Source of the DNA: an uncultured Pseudomonadota bacterium
GTDB taxonomy: Bacteria; Pseudomonadota; Gammaproteobacteria; Burkholderiales; Casimicrobiaceae
Length of the DNA stretch: 64,000 bases
Direction of reading: 5' to 3'
NCBI GenBank assembly: GCA_963768545.1
Contig: CAVYIC010000006.1
Span: 97,626 to 161,625, forward strand
Part shown: positions 11,960 through 22,444 of the stretch, piece by piece
Layout of the letters: each line of letters starts with the position of its first letter
How positions within the stretch are numbered: position 1 is the first letter of the stretch
Notes under the pieces: model-generated
What the model was told of the DNA's origin: nothing
Seen by the model: only the letters and a program-made list of their open reading frames with translations
The model's database searches: none
Position numbers and translations under genes: made by a program

Positions 11960-13757
11960 TGACGCCGCACGATCGCCATTCGCGTATCTGGCGCAACGAA
12001 ATCGCGTGCCGCGCGACCATCCGTGCACCCGAGCGCGTTCAGGGACGATATCGACGGCGCGAGCCCGCACGCTCGCCACGGCGCTCGCCGAAGGCATGAG
12101 TGCCTATGTCGGGCGCAAGGCGGCGCAGGTGATCCTGGTTCGCGACCTGGTATTCGACTGCGACGTCGACATGCGCTGCGACCGGCGGCGCCTGCGCCCG
12201 CGCGCTCGGCCTATGGGATGCGCGAATCGCGCTGGCGCGACGCGATGAGAATCGAGCGGCAACGCGGACGTTGTTCGCTTTGCGCCCGCGCGGCCTTCGT
12301 CGCGCGCTTCGTCGGAGGATCTCGCGAGCGGACGTGCCTGGGGCCGATGGTATTACGCGTCGTTCGAAGGCATGCGCATGCTGCCGAGCTCGGCAGCGAT
12401 CCGCACGGTGCTGCTCGACGTGCCGCGGCCGGCCGCGCGGCGCTGGCGGCGATCGACGCGCGCGCGTGGCCCGCGCTGCTGGCGCGACGCTGGGCAGCGA
12501 CGAGGCGCGCGCGCATTCTCGACGCGCTGGTCGCGCCGGCAAGGACGGCGCGCACGAAGCGATCAGCGAAGCGCGCTGGATCGCGGCACTCGGCGCTGCT
12601 CCCCGGCCACCACGCCGCGCCGCTCGCACGTCATCGCATTGATGCTGTATGCGCACGCGTTGCTCGATGCCGGGCCCGGCAACGGTGCCGACGCGTTGGC
12701 CGCGCTGACCCTCGCGGCGATGCTCGCAATGGCACGCGGGGAGCATCGGAGCGCCGTCGAAGCACTGCAACGCGGTGACCTCACCGAACTCGGCCCGGTT
12801 CGAGCCCGCCGTTGCCGAGCGCACTGGCCCCGCACTTCGGCGGTTCTCGACGCAAGCGCTGCGCTCGCCTCGTCCGCGAAGCGCGAAGCGCGCTTGCTCC
12901 GGGTCGCACATCCGCCGCCAAACCCGGCAACGAATCGAAGCGCCTCGCTCCGTTCGCCGGACTCGGTCTGCTGCTCGGCGAGATCGACGGTTTGCTCGAC
13001 GACATGTCGTCACTGCGTTTGCAGCGCTGAGATCATCTCCCGTCCGCGGACTGGCGGCGCTTGGCCGCGCTGGCCTTCGCTGCCGGAGGCGAGCAGGCGC
13101 ATTCGTCTGGCACGACCCTTCGTGGCGCGAATTCCTCGACATCGATCGCGCGTTGCAATGGAGCGAATACGCGAGATGCGCTGGCCGCAGCGGAGCCACG
13201 AGTCGCGCGGGACGCCCGGGACGCGCTCGCGAAGGCCGCAGCGTCTCATCTACGGGGTGAGCGCGTCGCGACAGCCGTGCGCGCGGACCGCGTTTCGCTT
13301 GGCTGCGACGTCGACGCCGCGAACGGCCTGTGGCTGCAGTTGCGCACTCGCAATCGCGGTCGGGAGCACCGCCAGATGGACGTTTCGCACCGGCGCTTGG
13401 CGCACGGCTCGCCGCCGCGCGCCGGGCGCGCGCGGATTGGCGCGCGCTCGACACGGCGGGCGTTCGGAGCGGCGCTTCGCATCGACTGGCGTCTCTTTTT
13501 TGCTGCATTCGCGCAGGTCGCGCTGCGCCGGCTCGCACAACGGGTCCCCGGCCTCCGCAACGCATCGCTTCCCTATCTGCGCGCCAACCTGATCGACGCG
13601 GGCGGGGAATCGAGCCGGCTCGCGCCGCACCATTGGTGCTGGCGCGTGAAGCGTCCACCCCTTCACGTGCTGCTCACCTTGAGCGGAATCGCGCGAAGCG
13701 AGCAGGTTTGGCGCGGGCCGCCGGATCGCCGCACGATCGAATGGGAATGGCGTGTGA
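11959..13757 (+). CDS. Probable contractile injection system tape-measure-like protein (Afp14/Pvc14-like), heavily frameshifted
   Basis: Lies between the fibre and ATPase genes. C-terminal RVPGLRNASLPYLRANLI...WRVKRPPLHVLL resembles the CIS tape-measure C-terminus. Boundaries are approximate. Confidence 0.5.
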
Positions 13758-15904
13758 TGGCAGCGGCGTCCTATCCGCGCCGTTCGCCTCGCCCCGGCGA
13801 CACGGGAGTTTCGAATCGAGGGCGCTCCTGCGTCGGCGGCACAGTCGTTCGAACCGGGATTGCGGTGGCTCGACTGCGTGATCGAGCGCGAAGTGCTGCG
13901 CCTGCGCGGCCGCTACGAGCTTTCCCTGGACGAGTTTCGCGGGCTGTACATTTCGGATCGCCGCGTCGACGATCTGTTGCGCGAGCGCCTCGGCCTGGGC
14001 GACAACGGCGATCCCGCGGCGCGAACTCTCGCGCCGGGCGCGCGACCTGCATTCGGTCTACGTCGCAGCATCACCTATGGCTGCGCTCGGTGCCCGCCTC
14101 GCTCTTTCGGAAGCAGAGCGCGATCTGGTTCTGATCGCGCTCGCACCCGAGCTCGATTTGCGCTACGAAGCGCTGTACGCCTACCTGAACAACGACGTCG
14201 CGCGCAAGCACGTCAGCGTCGACCTCGCCTGCCGATTGCTCGCTGCATCAAGGAGTCGCGGCGACATCACCAGCGCCTCCGTGCGCGCCTGCCTCGCGCC
14301 GCGGTCTCCGCTGCTCGCGCACCTGGTGCTCGAGCCTATCGAACCTGCGGCCGCGTTCCTCGCTCCAGCAGCAATTCACGCTCGCACCCGTCGTCGCCCA
14401 GGCCTTGCTCGGCTTGCCGATCGCGACCCACGCTGGCCACGCGACGTCGGTTGGGTGCCGGTCGATTCCCGTGTCGCGTGCCGACACCGACGAAGACGCC
14501 GCTCTTCGTGGTCACGTGATCGTGCTCACGGGCGACCATGCATCCGATGTGCGCATGCATGCCGAACGGCTCGCGCGGCGCGCGGATGGCCGCTCATGAG
14601 CGTTCCCGCGGCCGCGCTCGCGCGCGACGGTGCGCTTGCCGAGCGCGTGCGGCTCTCCGCGCGGCTCGCGGGCGGGGCGATCCTCGTCGATGCATTTGCC
14701 GACGAAGACATGCCGAATGCGGCGCGCATGCGCCCGGGAGTGTGCGCGCGAGGCGATACCGATCCTTCTGGTGGCCGCACCCGACGCGCCGATGGCCGAT
14801 GCGCTCGCGGAAATTCCGCATGCGCGTGTCGCGATCGACATGCCCAAGGCGACCGAGCGCGCTGCGCACTGGAAGAACGCGCTCGTGCACTCGGGGCTGC
14901 GGGTCGACGCGCCATGCGTCGAGCGGCTCGCCGAAGGATTCATGCTGTCGACCTCGCGCATCGATGCCATCGTGCAATCGGTCGCGTGGCGAGCGGGCAA
15001 CGGCGTCGATCTGAACGCGGCGCTCGAGCGCGAGGCGAGCGTGCGCTCGAACGAGGGACTCGCACGCCTCGCTACGCGGATCGTACGCCCGCACACTGGC
15101 GCCACCTCGTGTTGTCCGCGAATGCCTTGCAGCACCTGCACGACATCGCGGCGGCGATCAGGAACCGCGAGCGCGTGTACCGCCGCTGGGGATTGATCGA
15201 GCGCACGGGCCGCAGCGCCGGCCTGATGATCTTCTTCACCGGCGCCCCGGGTACGGGCAAGACGATGGCGGCTTCGGTGATCGCCAACGACGTCGGGCTC
15301 GAGCTGTACCGCATCGACCTTGCGTCGGTCGTCTCCAAGTACATCGGCGAGACCGAAAAGAATCTCGAACGCATCTTCTGCGCGGCGCAGCGCTCCAGCG
15401 CGATCCTGCTGTTCGACGAGGCCGACGCGCTGCTCGGCAAGCGCTCGGAGATCAAGGATGCGCACGATCGCTACGCGAACATCGAGGTCGCGTATCTGCT
15501 GCAGAAGATGGAGGAGCACGACGGGGTGGTGATCCTGGCATCCAATCTGCCGAAGAATCTCGATCCCGCCTTCGCGCGCCGCATGCACTACATGCTCGAG
15601 TTCGCGCGTCCCAACGCGAGCTTGCGCGAGCGGCTGTGGCGCGGAATGTTTCCGCCGTCCGCACCGCTCGCAGACGACATCGACTTTCGCTTTCCTCGCC
15701 GAACGATTCGAGACGACCGGCGGCGAGATCCAGGCCGTCGCACTCGACGCGGCGTTCCTTGCTGCTGCCGCGGGCGAGCCGATCTCGATGTCGCACCTGA
15801 TGCGCGCGATGACTCGCCGCCAGACCAAACAGGGCAACCCCGGGAGCTGGGACCGCTATCGCGAGCACCGCGATGCACTCGCGTCGAGCGGCAGCCCGGA
15901 CTGA
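13757..15904 (+). CDS. eCIS AAA+ ATPase (Afp15/Pvc15-like), frameshifted
   Basis: N-terminal FRGLYISD...ALAPELDLRYEALYAYLNND; Walker A GAPGTGKT; IDLASVVSKYIGETEKNL; Walker B ILLFDEAD; DAHDRYANIEVAYLLQKME; LDPAFARR. Confidence 0.92.
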
Positions 15905-15913
15905 CCCGATCCC

Positions 15914-18900
15914 ATGGCCGAGAAGGCAGCCCGCACGCGTGCGCCTCCCGCGGCGCACCGTGTGCCGCCGCAGCCCGTGCCGTCCAAGCGCGATGCCGCG
16001 CCATCCGCCGCAACGCCGCTGCAAACGCTCGGCAACCAGGCCGTATTGCACGCGCACGGGCCGGGAGGCGTCGCGCCGATCAGTCGCCCGAACGACGCCG
16101 ACGAAAAGGAGGCCGACCGTCTTGCGACGGCATTCGTGGACCGCGCCCGCAGCGGAGAAGCGACGGCGCCCGCGAGTGTGTCATCGCGCAGCGCCACCGG
16201 TGTCGGTCCGGGCAGCGCGCTGCGCGGCTCCGCGTTGCGGGATTACGAGCGCTTCTTCGGCGCCGACCTGAGCGGCGTGCGCATTCACACGGACGCGGCG
16301 GCGGCCCGCGCCGTCGGCGCCCGCGCCTACGCCGAGCACGACAACGTCTTCTTCGACAGCGGCGCATTCGACGTCGGATCGCGCACGGGGCGCCGACTGC
16401 TGGCGCACGAGCTCGCGCACGTCGTGCAGCAACGCAACCTGCCAACCGAAGCGAGCCGATTGCGCCGCCAGCCTGCACCGCAACGCGATCCGCCCGGCGG
16501 CGGCTTCGTCACGCCACCGGATCTGCTCGGCACACAACATCCACCGAGCGTCGACGTGCCGGTGGAAATGGAGGTTGCCGGGCCGACGATCGCCGACCCG
16601 AACAAGCGACGGGCGCGCGACACCGAGCTGCTGTCCTTCCACATTCCGGCGCGACCGGTCGCGACGTTCCTCTACTACGCGATCCCGAAGAAATACCTGT
16701 TTCCGACGGCAGACGAGGCGCGCGCGAGTCATCTCGCCGCACCCGTGCACCACGCCGTCGCGCCGTCGCGCACCGCGACTCCTGCAAAGCCTTCGGTTGC
16801 AGCGACGCCCGCACCTGCCGCGACACCTGCGCCAGCGGTAACGCCTGCGCCCGCCGCGACCCCATCACCTGCAGCCACGCCCGCGCCGCCGGTCCCAGGA
16901 ACGCCGGCCGCCGCGACCGCACCGGGCGGTGCCCCGCCCGCCACTCCCGCGCCCGCGGCGCTGGCGCCGCGCCCCGCGCCCGGTCCGCCGGCGGCGGCCG
17001 TCGGCTCGACGATCTACACGCCCGATGGCCAGGCGCACGTCGTGCTGGGCGGAACGCCGGAAGCGATCGTGACCGAGACGTACACGAAGTTCGCGGTCGG
17101 CGCAGGCAGCACGACGCTGCTCGAGACGGGCGGCACGTTCATCGTCATCGACGCCGGCACGTTCGGTCCCGCGGGGGCCGCGGTCGCCGATGCAACGCTG
17201 CGTTCGCTCGAAGCGCGCATCGGACGCAACGGCGTCATCGCGCAGATCCTGATCACCCATGCGCACGCCGATCACATGGATCTGCTGCCCGAGCTCGCGA
17301 CGCGATTTCGGATCGGCGCGATCCGCATCAATGCGCTGCAGGCGGATCGGCCCGACTTCCAGGCGTTGCTCGAGCAAGTGCGGCAGGCGCATCAGGCGCG
17401 CGTCAATGCCGAAGCCGACCGCGTGCGTGCAGAGCTCGCAGGCGAGCGCCCCCGATGGGAGGCCGCCGACCGCGGCGATCCGCTGACGCGATCGCGGCGC
17501 TGGAACGAATTGCGCGACCAGCGCGTGCGCACCGCGCTCGACGCGATTCCCGACATCCAGCTCGAACGTCTCGTGCCCGGGGTGCGCGGCCGGCTCGCGA
17601 TCACGTCGATGCCGGTCGATCCGCGCGCGTTCCAGCCACAGACGGTCGGCACGCCCACCGACGTGATCGCGCCCGGCGTGCGCGCGCCAGGCGTCGTCGA
17701 TCCGGCGGCCGCCAAGGCTCCGTTCGTCGACGAGCTCGGACAACGCACGTCGCGCCTGCTCACGCCGACCGAAATCGATCGCTTCGCCTCGTCCTGGGTC
17801 GTCGATGTCAAAGGACAAACGCGCTTCCTCGTGCTGCCGGATCTCCGAGGCGAGGATTTCGCGAACATCCTGCATGACTTCCGTCGCGCAGTCGCGGGCC
17901 TCGGCATGGAGGCGAACTTCCAGGTCTGGGACGTAAGCCACCATATGCAGATCGGCTGGAGCGGCGGCGGCAGCGCCGCACCCGGCGCGCCGTCGGTCCG
18001 CGCGACGCAACTCGGACACATCAGCCGCTTCCTGCACACGATGCGCGCCGGCACGGCCAGCACGCCGGGCACCGACGTCGTCGTCGTCTCGGCCTACGAA
18101 GGCTTCAGCTCGCGCGGCACGAGCTACGTCGATCCCGCGCACGTGTGGCTGCTGAAGAGCCTCGGCTTCCACGTATTCCTCGCGACCGCGGGAACCGATG
18201 TGCAGGTGCTCCATGTCGTGACGTCGCAGGGTCAGCGTGTCACCGGAGTGGTCGGACAGGAGCGCGGCGGCGCGCAGCCGCGCGAACAGTTGGTGCGTCG
18301 CGCCGAAGCCGCGCTCGCCGAGCTGCGCGACGCTGCGCGGCTCACGCGCGCCGAGATGCGACGTGCCCGCACGCCCACCGACCGGGCCGCTGCCCAGACA
18401 CGCCTCGAACAGACGAACACCCGCATCACCGAGATCGATCGGCTGCGACTCGAATATCTCGACGCGGTGCATCGCGAGCTTGCGCGCTCGACACGCAGGT
18501 CGGGGTCGGGGACGGCGCGTCCCGCGGTTGCGCCGGCGGCCGGTGCACCCGAGCCCGCGCAAGCGCAGGCGGAAGCACTCTCGCAGCGGTTGACCGCGGA
18601 AGGCTTCAACCGGCCCGTGCCGACGACCGGGAGCCCACGCTTTACCGAAGCGGCGCTCGCGATCGTGCGGCCCGGGCTGCTCGATCCGAATGCGCCTGTG
18701 GGCAGTGCGGGTGCGCGCGCGCTCGAGATCGCGCAGACGCGCACACGCATTCGCGAAATCGAGCAACGCCCCGCCGATCCCGTCAATGCCGCGCGCGATC
18801 GCGCCGAGCTCCTCGCCGAGCTGCATCGCTACCGGATAGCGCTTCAGGAAGAGGTGCGCGTCCCGGACACGACCGGTTCGACGCGGAAGGTGCTGGACGA

Positions 18901-21514
18901 CGAACTGAAGACGACGCGCGATCGGATCAGCGAGCTGACTCCGGGTCCCGAGACACGGACGTTGCGACAGCGCGTGCCGGGAACCGGCGCGCTCGTCGAC
19001 ACGCAGCTTGTCGCGCCGAAGCGCATGGCGCCCGCCGCGGGCGGGGCGGCAGCCACCGGCGCCGACGTCGCCGCCGCGAAACCGGCCGCTACAGCCGCAA
19101 CCGATCGTCCCGCCACCGCAGCCGACGTCACGCCGGCGCCGCGACCCTCGCTCGGACAACGGGCGGGAACCGCGATCCAGGGTGCGAGCGAGCGCGGCTT
19201 CGGCGCGTTGATGATCTACCAGACGTTCACCGCGGAAACCGACGTGCTCGCGCGCGCATCCGCCGGACAGGCGACCGGCGCGGAAGTCGCGACGACGACG
19301 GCCCACAGTGCGTTGGGCGTGACCGTCGGCTACAAGATGCTGCGGGGCGTGCCGGTGTCGAACGCGGTATTCGTCGTGTTGTCGCTGCTCGAGGTTGCCC
19401 AGGCGGCCTCCCGCGAATACACGTCGACGGACCAGCGCAACACCGAAATCGCCTACGCGGCCTTGCGCGGCGGCGTGAATCTCGGCCTCACCGCGGTCGG
19501 AGCCGTCATCATGGCAGTCGTGCCCCCGCCGATCGGGGTGCTCGCCGGGCTCGGCATCATGTTGCTCGGCGACAGCATTCTCGAAGCGCTCGGCGCGCAC
19601 GACTGGATCGAGCAACTGGCATCGTTCCAGCCCCGCCAGGTCACGAAGGTCGAGCAGAAGATGCGCGGCCTGATCGATGAATACGACGTCATCGTCGGCG
19701 CGATCGAGCTCGCCGAGCGCACCGATCCGTCGCTGCGCTCGGTGGGGGCGACGGACCCCGCCGCCACGCGGCGAGCCGCCAATACCGTCGCCGATCAGCA
19801 CCGCATCAAGGCCATTCCGCTCGAGCGGGAAATACTTGCGGCGTTCAAGGACGCCTACGAACGGGCACAAGGCGCCTATGCGGGGCTCGCGGAGCTCGAC
19901 GAAATGCGCCGCCGCTTCTACGAGCTCATGCAGCGCGCACATCCGCAGAACGAGGAAATCGCCGCGTTCAAGCGCGCGCGCGCGGAGCTGCTCGCCCGTT
20001 ACGAGCTGACCGAGGACGATTTCGACGAGAGGGGCTACATCAAGTCTTCGCGCAAGCGCCGCGTGCGGCAATGGGTAACGGATGACGAGCGCAAGCTGCT
20101 CGATCCCGTGCCCACACCGATCCTCGACCAAGCGCGCACGACGTTCGAGGAGATCGAGCGCAAACTGTCACTCGCCAACGCGACGGCTTCCGACGTCGAA
20201 GGCATGGAACAGTGGGGCAAGATCGACAGCAAGCTCAGGGAAATCGAACGCAACCTTTGGGATGCCTATCTCAGGGGTCCGACGGCGGGGTCGCATTCGA
20301 CGGAGATCGACCCCCCGCCCATTCCGGACTTTCTCGAAATGGAGAGCGACGCGCGGCGCATGGTCGACAACGCGCATTACCGAGTGGAGCCTCCCGCGGG
20401 ATCGTATCGGACCGAGGCGCTCATTCCACCAACCGCGCCCGGTTACGCGCGGTACAAGCAGATGCTCGACGAGCGCGAGCAGCGCCTGTGGTGGATCCAG
20501 AGTCGCATTTCCGAGATGAATGCCGGGCCGATCACGTGGCGGACCCTTCGCAAGCGTCCGCCGGGATCGCCGTTCGGCAAGGCTCCGGGCTCGCTCGGCA
20601 GGTTTGCCGATCCGCTCGGCAAGCAGCCCACGCCGGATCAGGCGCGAAGTGCGGATTTCAATCTTCGCCTGGCGGAATCCGGGTTGGAGACCTATCAGGC
20701 GATCCTCGAAGTCGCACCGAGACCGTCGTCGGACATGGTGAAGGCGATGTTCACGAACTCGGCGGACGCCGGCTCGGCGTATGCCGCGTACTTGAAGGAC
20801 CACAACGACTATCGTGACGCGCTGGAGCGGCTCGAGCTGCAGCAACGCGTGCTGCTGTCGATGACGGAGCACGCACAGAAGGTCGTCGACCCGACGAATA
20901 CGATCGACGTCACGTTGACCGATCCGGTGCCCGACCGCGAGCGAATGCGCCAGCTCCTGATCAACGTGCGCACGACAATCGTTCGCAGGCACGACGAATA
21001 CGGAATAGTGTTCCCTTCGGAAAGCGCCGCGCTCGCGAGCCAGGTGCGCGAAAAAGAGCTCGCGCAGATCAACGCCGCGATGGGTGTCGACCCCAAGGTC
21101 ACGCCGCTCAGCGCCTCCGAGCAGCGCGCCGCGCGCGAATCGCTGATCCACGACACCGCGCCGCTGCTCGGATCGACGGCCGATCGCCTCGCACTGATTC
21201 CCGAGCTGCGGCGTTCCGGCCAAGGCGGACTGCTGACCGGCATCTACCGCCTCGGCGGCGGCTGGCTGCACGGCTACGAATTGCCCGAGGGAATGGACGG
21301 CATGGAGATCGCGGACGCGCAGAACGCGCTCGTCGGCGATCTCGGCCCCGGTCATGACGACACGCGCGGGTTCCGCAGACTGCGCAGGACGCACGAGACA
21401 CGGTACGTCGTCGCGTTGAATGCGGCTGCGATCCAGGTACTCCGTGGCACCGAATTCCGGCAGATCTGGCGCTCGAACCTGCATCAGATCACGATGGCAG
21501 ACTTGCATCCATGA
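15914..21514 (+). CDS. DUF4157 (eCIS core domain) effector 1 with ComEC/Rec2-type MBL-fold hydrolase, hydrophobic helices and unknown C-terminus (1866 aa)
   Basis: LQTLGNQAV, EKEADR, FGADLSGVRIH, ARAY, LLAHELAHVVQQ (DUF4157); VGAGS...VIDAG...ITHAHADH...LPDL...SHH (MBL); hydrophobic stretch at about 19190-19600. Intact ORF. Confidence 0.85.
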   Translation: MAEKAARTRAPPAAHRVPPQPVPSKRDAAPSAATPLQTLGNQAVLHAHGPGGVAPISRPNDADEKEADRLATAFVDRARSGEATAPASVSSRSATGVGPGSALRGSALRDYERFFGADLSGVRIHTDAAAARAVGARAYAEHDNVFFDSGAFDVGSRTGRRLLAHELAHVVQQRNLPTEASRLRRQPAPQRDPPGGGFVTPPDLLGTQHPPSVDVPVEMEVAGPTIADPNKRRARDTELLSFHIPARPVATFLYYAIPKKYLFPTADEARASHLAAPVHHAVAPSRTATPAKPSVAATPAPAATPAPAVTPAPAATPSPAATPAPPVPGTPAAATAPGGAPPATPAPAALAPRPAPGPPAAAVGSTIYTPDGQAHVVLGGTPEAIVTETYTKFAVGAGSTTLLETGGTFIVIDAGTFGPAGAAVADATLRSLEARIGRNGVIAQILITHAHADHMDLLPELATRFRIGAIRINALQADRPDFQALLEQVRQAHQARVNAEADRVRAELAGERPRWEAADRGDPLTRSRRWNELRDQRVRTALDAIPDIQLERLVPGVRGRLAITSMPVDPRAFQPQTVGTPTDVIAPGVRAPGVVDPAAAKAPFVDELGQRTSRLLTPTEIDRFASSWVVDVKGQTRFLVLPDLRGEDFANILHDFRRAVAGLGMEANFQVWDVSHHMQIGWSGGGSAAPGAPSVRATQLGHISRFLHTMRAGTASTPGTDVVVVSAYEGFSSRGTSYVDPAHVWLLKSLGFHVFLATAGTDVQVLHVVTSQGQRVTGVVGQERGGAQPREQLVRRAEAALAELRDAARLTRAEMRRARTPTDRAAAQTRLEQTNTRITEIDRLRLEYLDAVHRELARSTRRSGSGTARPAVAPAAGAPEPAQAQAEALSQRLTAEGFNRPVPTTGSPRFTEAALAIVRPGLLDPNAPVGSAGARALEIAQTRTRIREIEQRPADPVNAARDRAELLAELHRYRIALQEEVRVPDTTGSTRKVLDDELKTTRDRISELTPGPETRTLRQRVPGTGALVDTQLVAPKRMAPAAGGAAATGADVAAAKPAATAATDRPATAADVTPAPRPSLGQRAGTAIQGASERGFGALMIYQTFTAETDVLARASAGQATGAEVATTTAHSALGVTVGYKMLRGVPVSNAVFVVLSLLEVAQAASREYTSTDQRNTEIAYAALRGGVNLGLTAVGAVIMAVVPPPIGVLAGLGIMLLGDSILEALGAHDWIEQLASFQPRQVTKVEQKMRGLIDEYDVIVGAIELAERTDPSLRSVGATDPAATRRAANTVADQHRIKAIPLEREILAAFKDAYERAQGAYAGLAELDEMRRRFYELMQRAHPQNEEIAAFKRARAELLARYELTEDDFDERGYIKSSRKRRVRQWVTDDERKLLDPVPTPILDQARTTFEEIERKLSLANATASDVEGMEQWGKIDSKLREIERNLWDAYLRGPTAGSHSTEIDPPPIPDFLEMESDARRMVDNAHYRVEPPAGSYRTEALIPPTAPGYARYKQMLDEREQRLWWIQSRISEMNAGPITWRTLRKRPPGSPFGKAPGSLGRFADPLGKQPTPDQARSADFNLRLAESGLETYQAILEVAPRPSSDMVKAMFTNSADAGSAYAAYLKDHNDYRDALERLELQQRVLLSMTEHAQKVVDPTNTIDVTLTDPVPDRERMRQLLINVRTTIVRRHDEYGIVFPSESAALASQVREKELAQINAAMGVDPKVTPLSASEQRAARESLIHDTAPLLGSTADRLALIPELRRSGQGGLLTGIYRLGGGWLHGYELPEGMDGMEIADAQNALVGDLGPGHDDTRGFRRLRRTHETRYVVALNAAAIQVLRGTEFRQIWRSNLHQITMADLHP
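16799..16890 (+). repeat. Tandem ~18-bp coding repeat (ATPAPA)n Pro/Ala linker
   Basis: AATPAPAATPAPAVTPAPAATPSPAATPAPP between the DUF4157 and MBL domains. Confidence 0.8.
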
Positions 21515-22380
21515 CCCTCGACACGTTCCTCGCGCCGCCGCTCGTCACGCTGCGACTTCACGACGCCGACCACCGCGCGGTGTTGCGAATGCCGAGCATC
21601 GGCGAGACGCACGTGTTCGTCGCCAATCCGTCGCTGCATCGCTCGCCCGCGGCGCACGAACAGGCCGACTATCTGCAAGTGCTCGATGTGATCGACGCGT
21701 TCGACGGCCAGCCGATGACGATGGAACTCGCGCGCGAGATCACCCGCGACGAAGCGGCGCGCGCCGCGGTGATGCGCGCCCGTGCCGATTGGGTCGCGGC
21801 CTGGAGCGACGGTGGCGTCGCACTCGCGCTCTGCCCGGCGTGCCGCCGCGGCGAGGTCGAGCTTCGCAACGCGGTTCTCGCGCCGATGCTCGGTGTTGCG
21901 CGGCGCCCGGTCGCCGATGCGGACGGTCGGCTGATGCCGTTCTTCCTCTCGTTTTCGGAAGCCGGGCCGCGGCCGGCCGATGCTGCGGCTTGCGCGCGGT
22001 TGCGCTTTCGTCTTCCGTCCGGCGCCGCGGCTGCGCCACGCAATCATCCGGTCGAGGGCGTCGTGACGCCCATCGATCCAATCGAAGAGGCGCGCGCCTG
22101 GCAACGCCATGCGCCGATCGGAATCGATCCGGCCGAGGACCAAGACGACTGGACGTTCGAATCGGCCGGCTTCCGCGCCGTGCTTCGGATCGCATGTGCG
22201 CTAGACGTCTTCGGCGCGCACCGCCGGCCGGATATCACGCCCGCGGATGTCGAGCCGTTGGCGCTCGGCGATTTCAGTTTCCTCGACGAACTCTACTTCC
22301 TCGCGTTTCTCGCGCCGGCGACGAATTGCCCGCCGGTGACTTGTCCGGCGTGCGGCGCGGGGTTCCTGCCCCTGCGGTAA
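21511..22380 (+). CDS. Two-CxxC protein resembling T4 gp26-type baseplate hub/tail assembly chaperone
   Basis: ATGA-coupled to effector 1; motifs LCPACR, LRFRLPSG, DVEPLALGDFSFLDELY, VTCPACGAGF. Confidence 0.6.
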   Translation: MTLDTFLAPPLVTLRLHDADHRAVLRMPSIGETHVFVANPSLHRSPAAHEQADYLQVLDVIDAFDGQPMTMELAREITRDEAARAAVMRARADWVAAWSDGGVALALCPACRRGEVELRNAVLAPMLGVARRPVADADGRLMPFFLSFSEAGPRPADAAACARLRFRLPSGAAAAPRNHPVEGVVTPIDPIEEARAWQRHAPIGIDPAEDQDDWTFESAGFRAVLRIACALDVFGAHRRPDITPADVEPLALGDFSFLDELYFLAFLAPATNCPPVTCPACGAGFLPLR

Positions 22381-22444
22381 GGCGTCCCGACGAGACACCA
22401 TGATTCGCGCGCCGGCCATCCCACTTCGCGCTCGCGGATGAGCC

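Noticed and set aside
674-15904. Prophage or T6SS interpretation
   Set aside because: No capsid, terminase, integrase or Tss membrane-complex genes are present. The Afp15-like ATPase plus DUF4157 indicate eCIS.
14077-17877. 1266-aa ATPase fusion ORF
   Set aside because: After the AAA domain it runs out of frame over the DUF4157 gene. The ATPase really ends near 15904.
17090-18250. Antibiotic-resistance metallo-beta-lactamase
   Set aside because: The motif order matches ComEC/Rec2-type MBL-fold hydrolases, it is embedded in an effector, and it has no signal peptide.
16865-20131. Long antisense ORFs (e.g. 1088 aa here, and many others)
   Set aside because: These are shadow ORFs expected in high-GC DNA opposite real genes, and they show no recognisable motifs.
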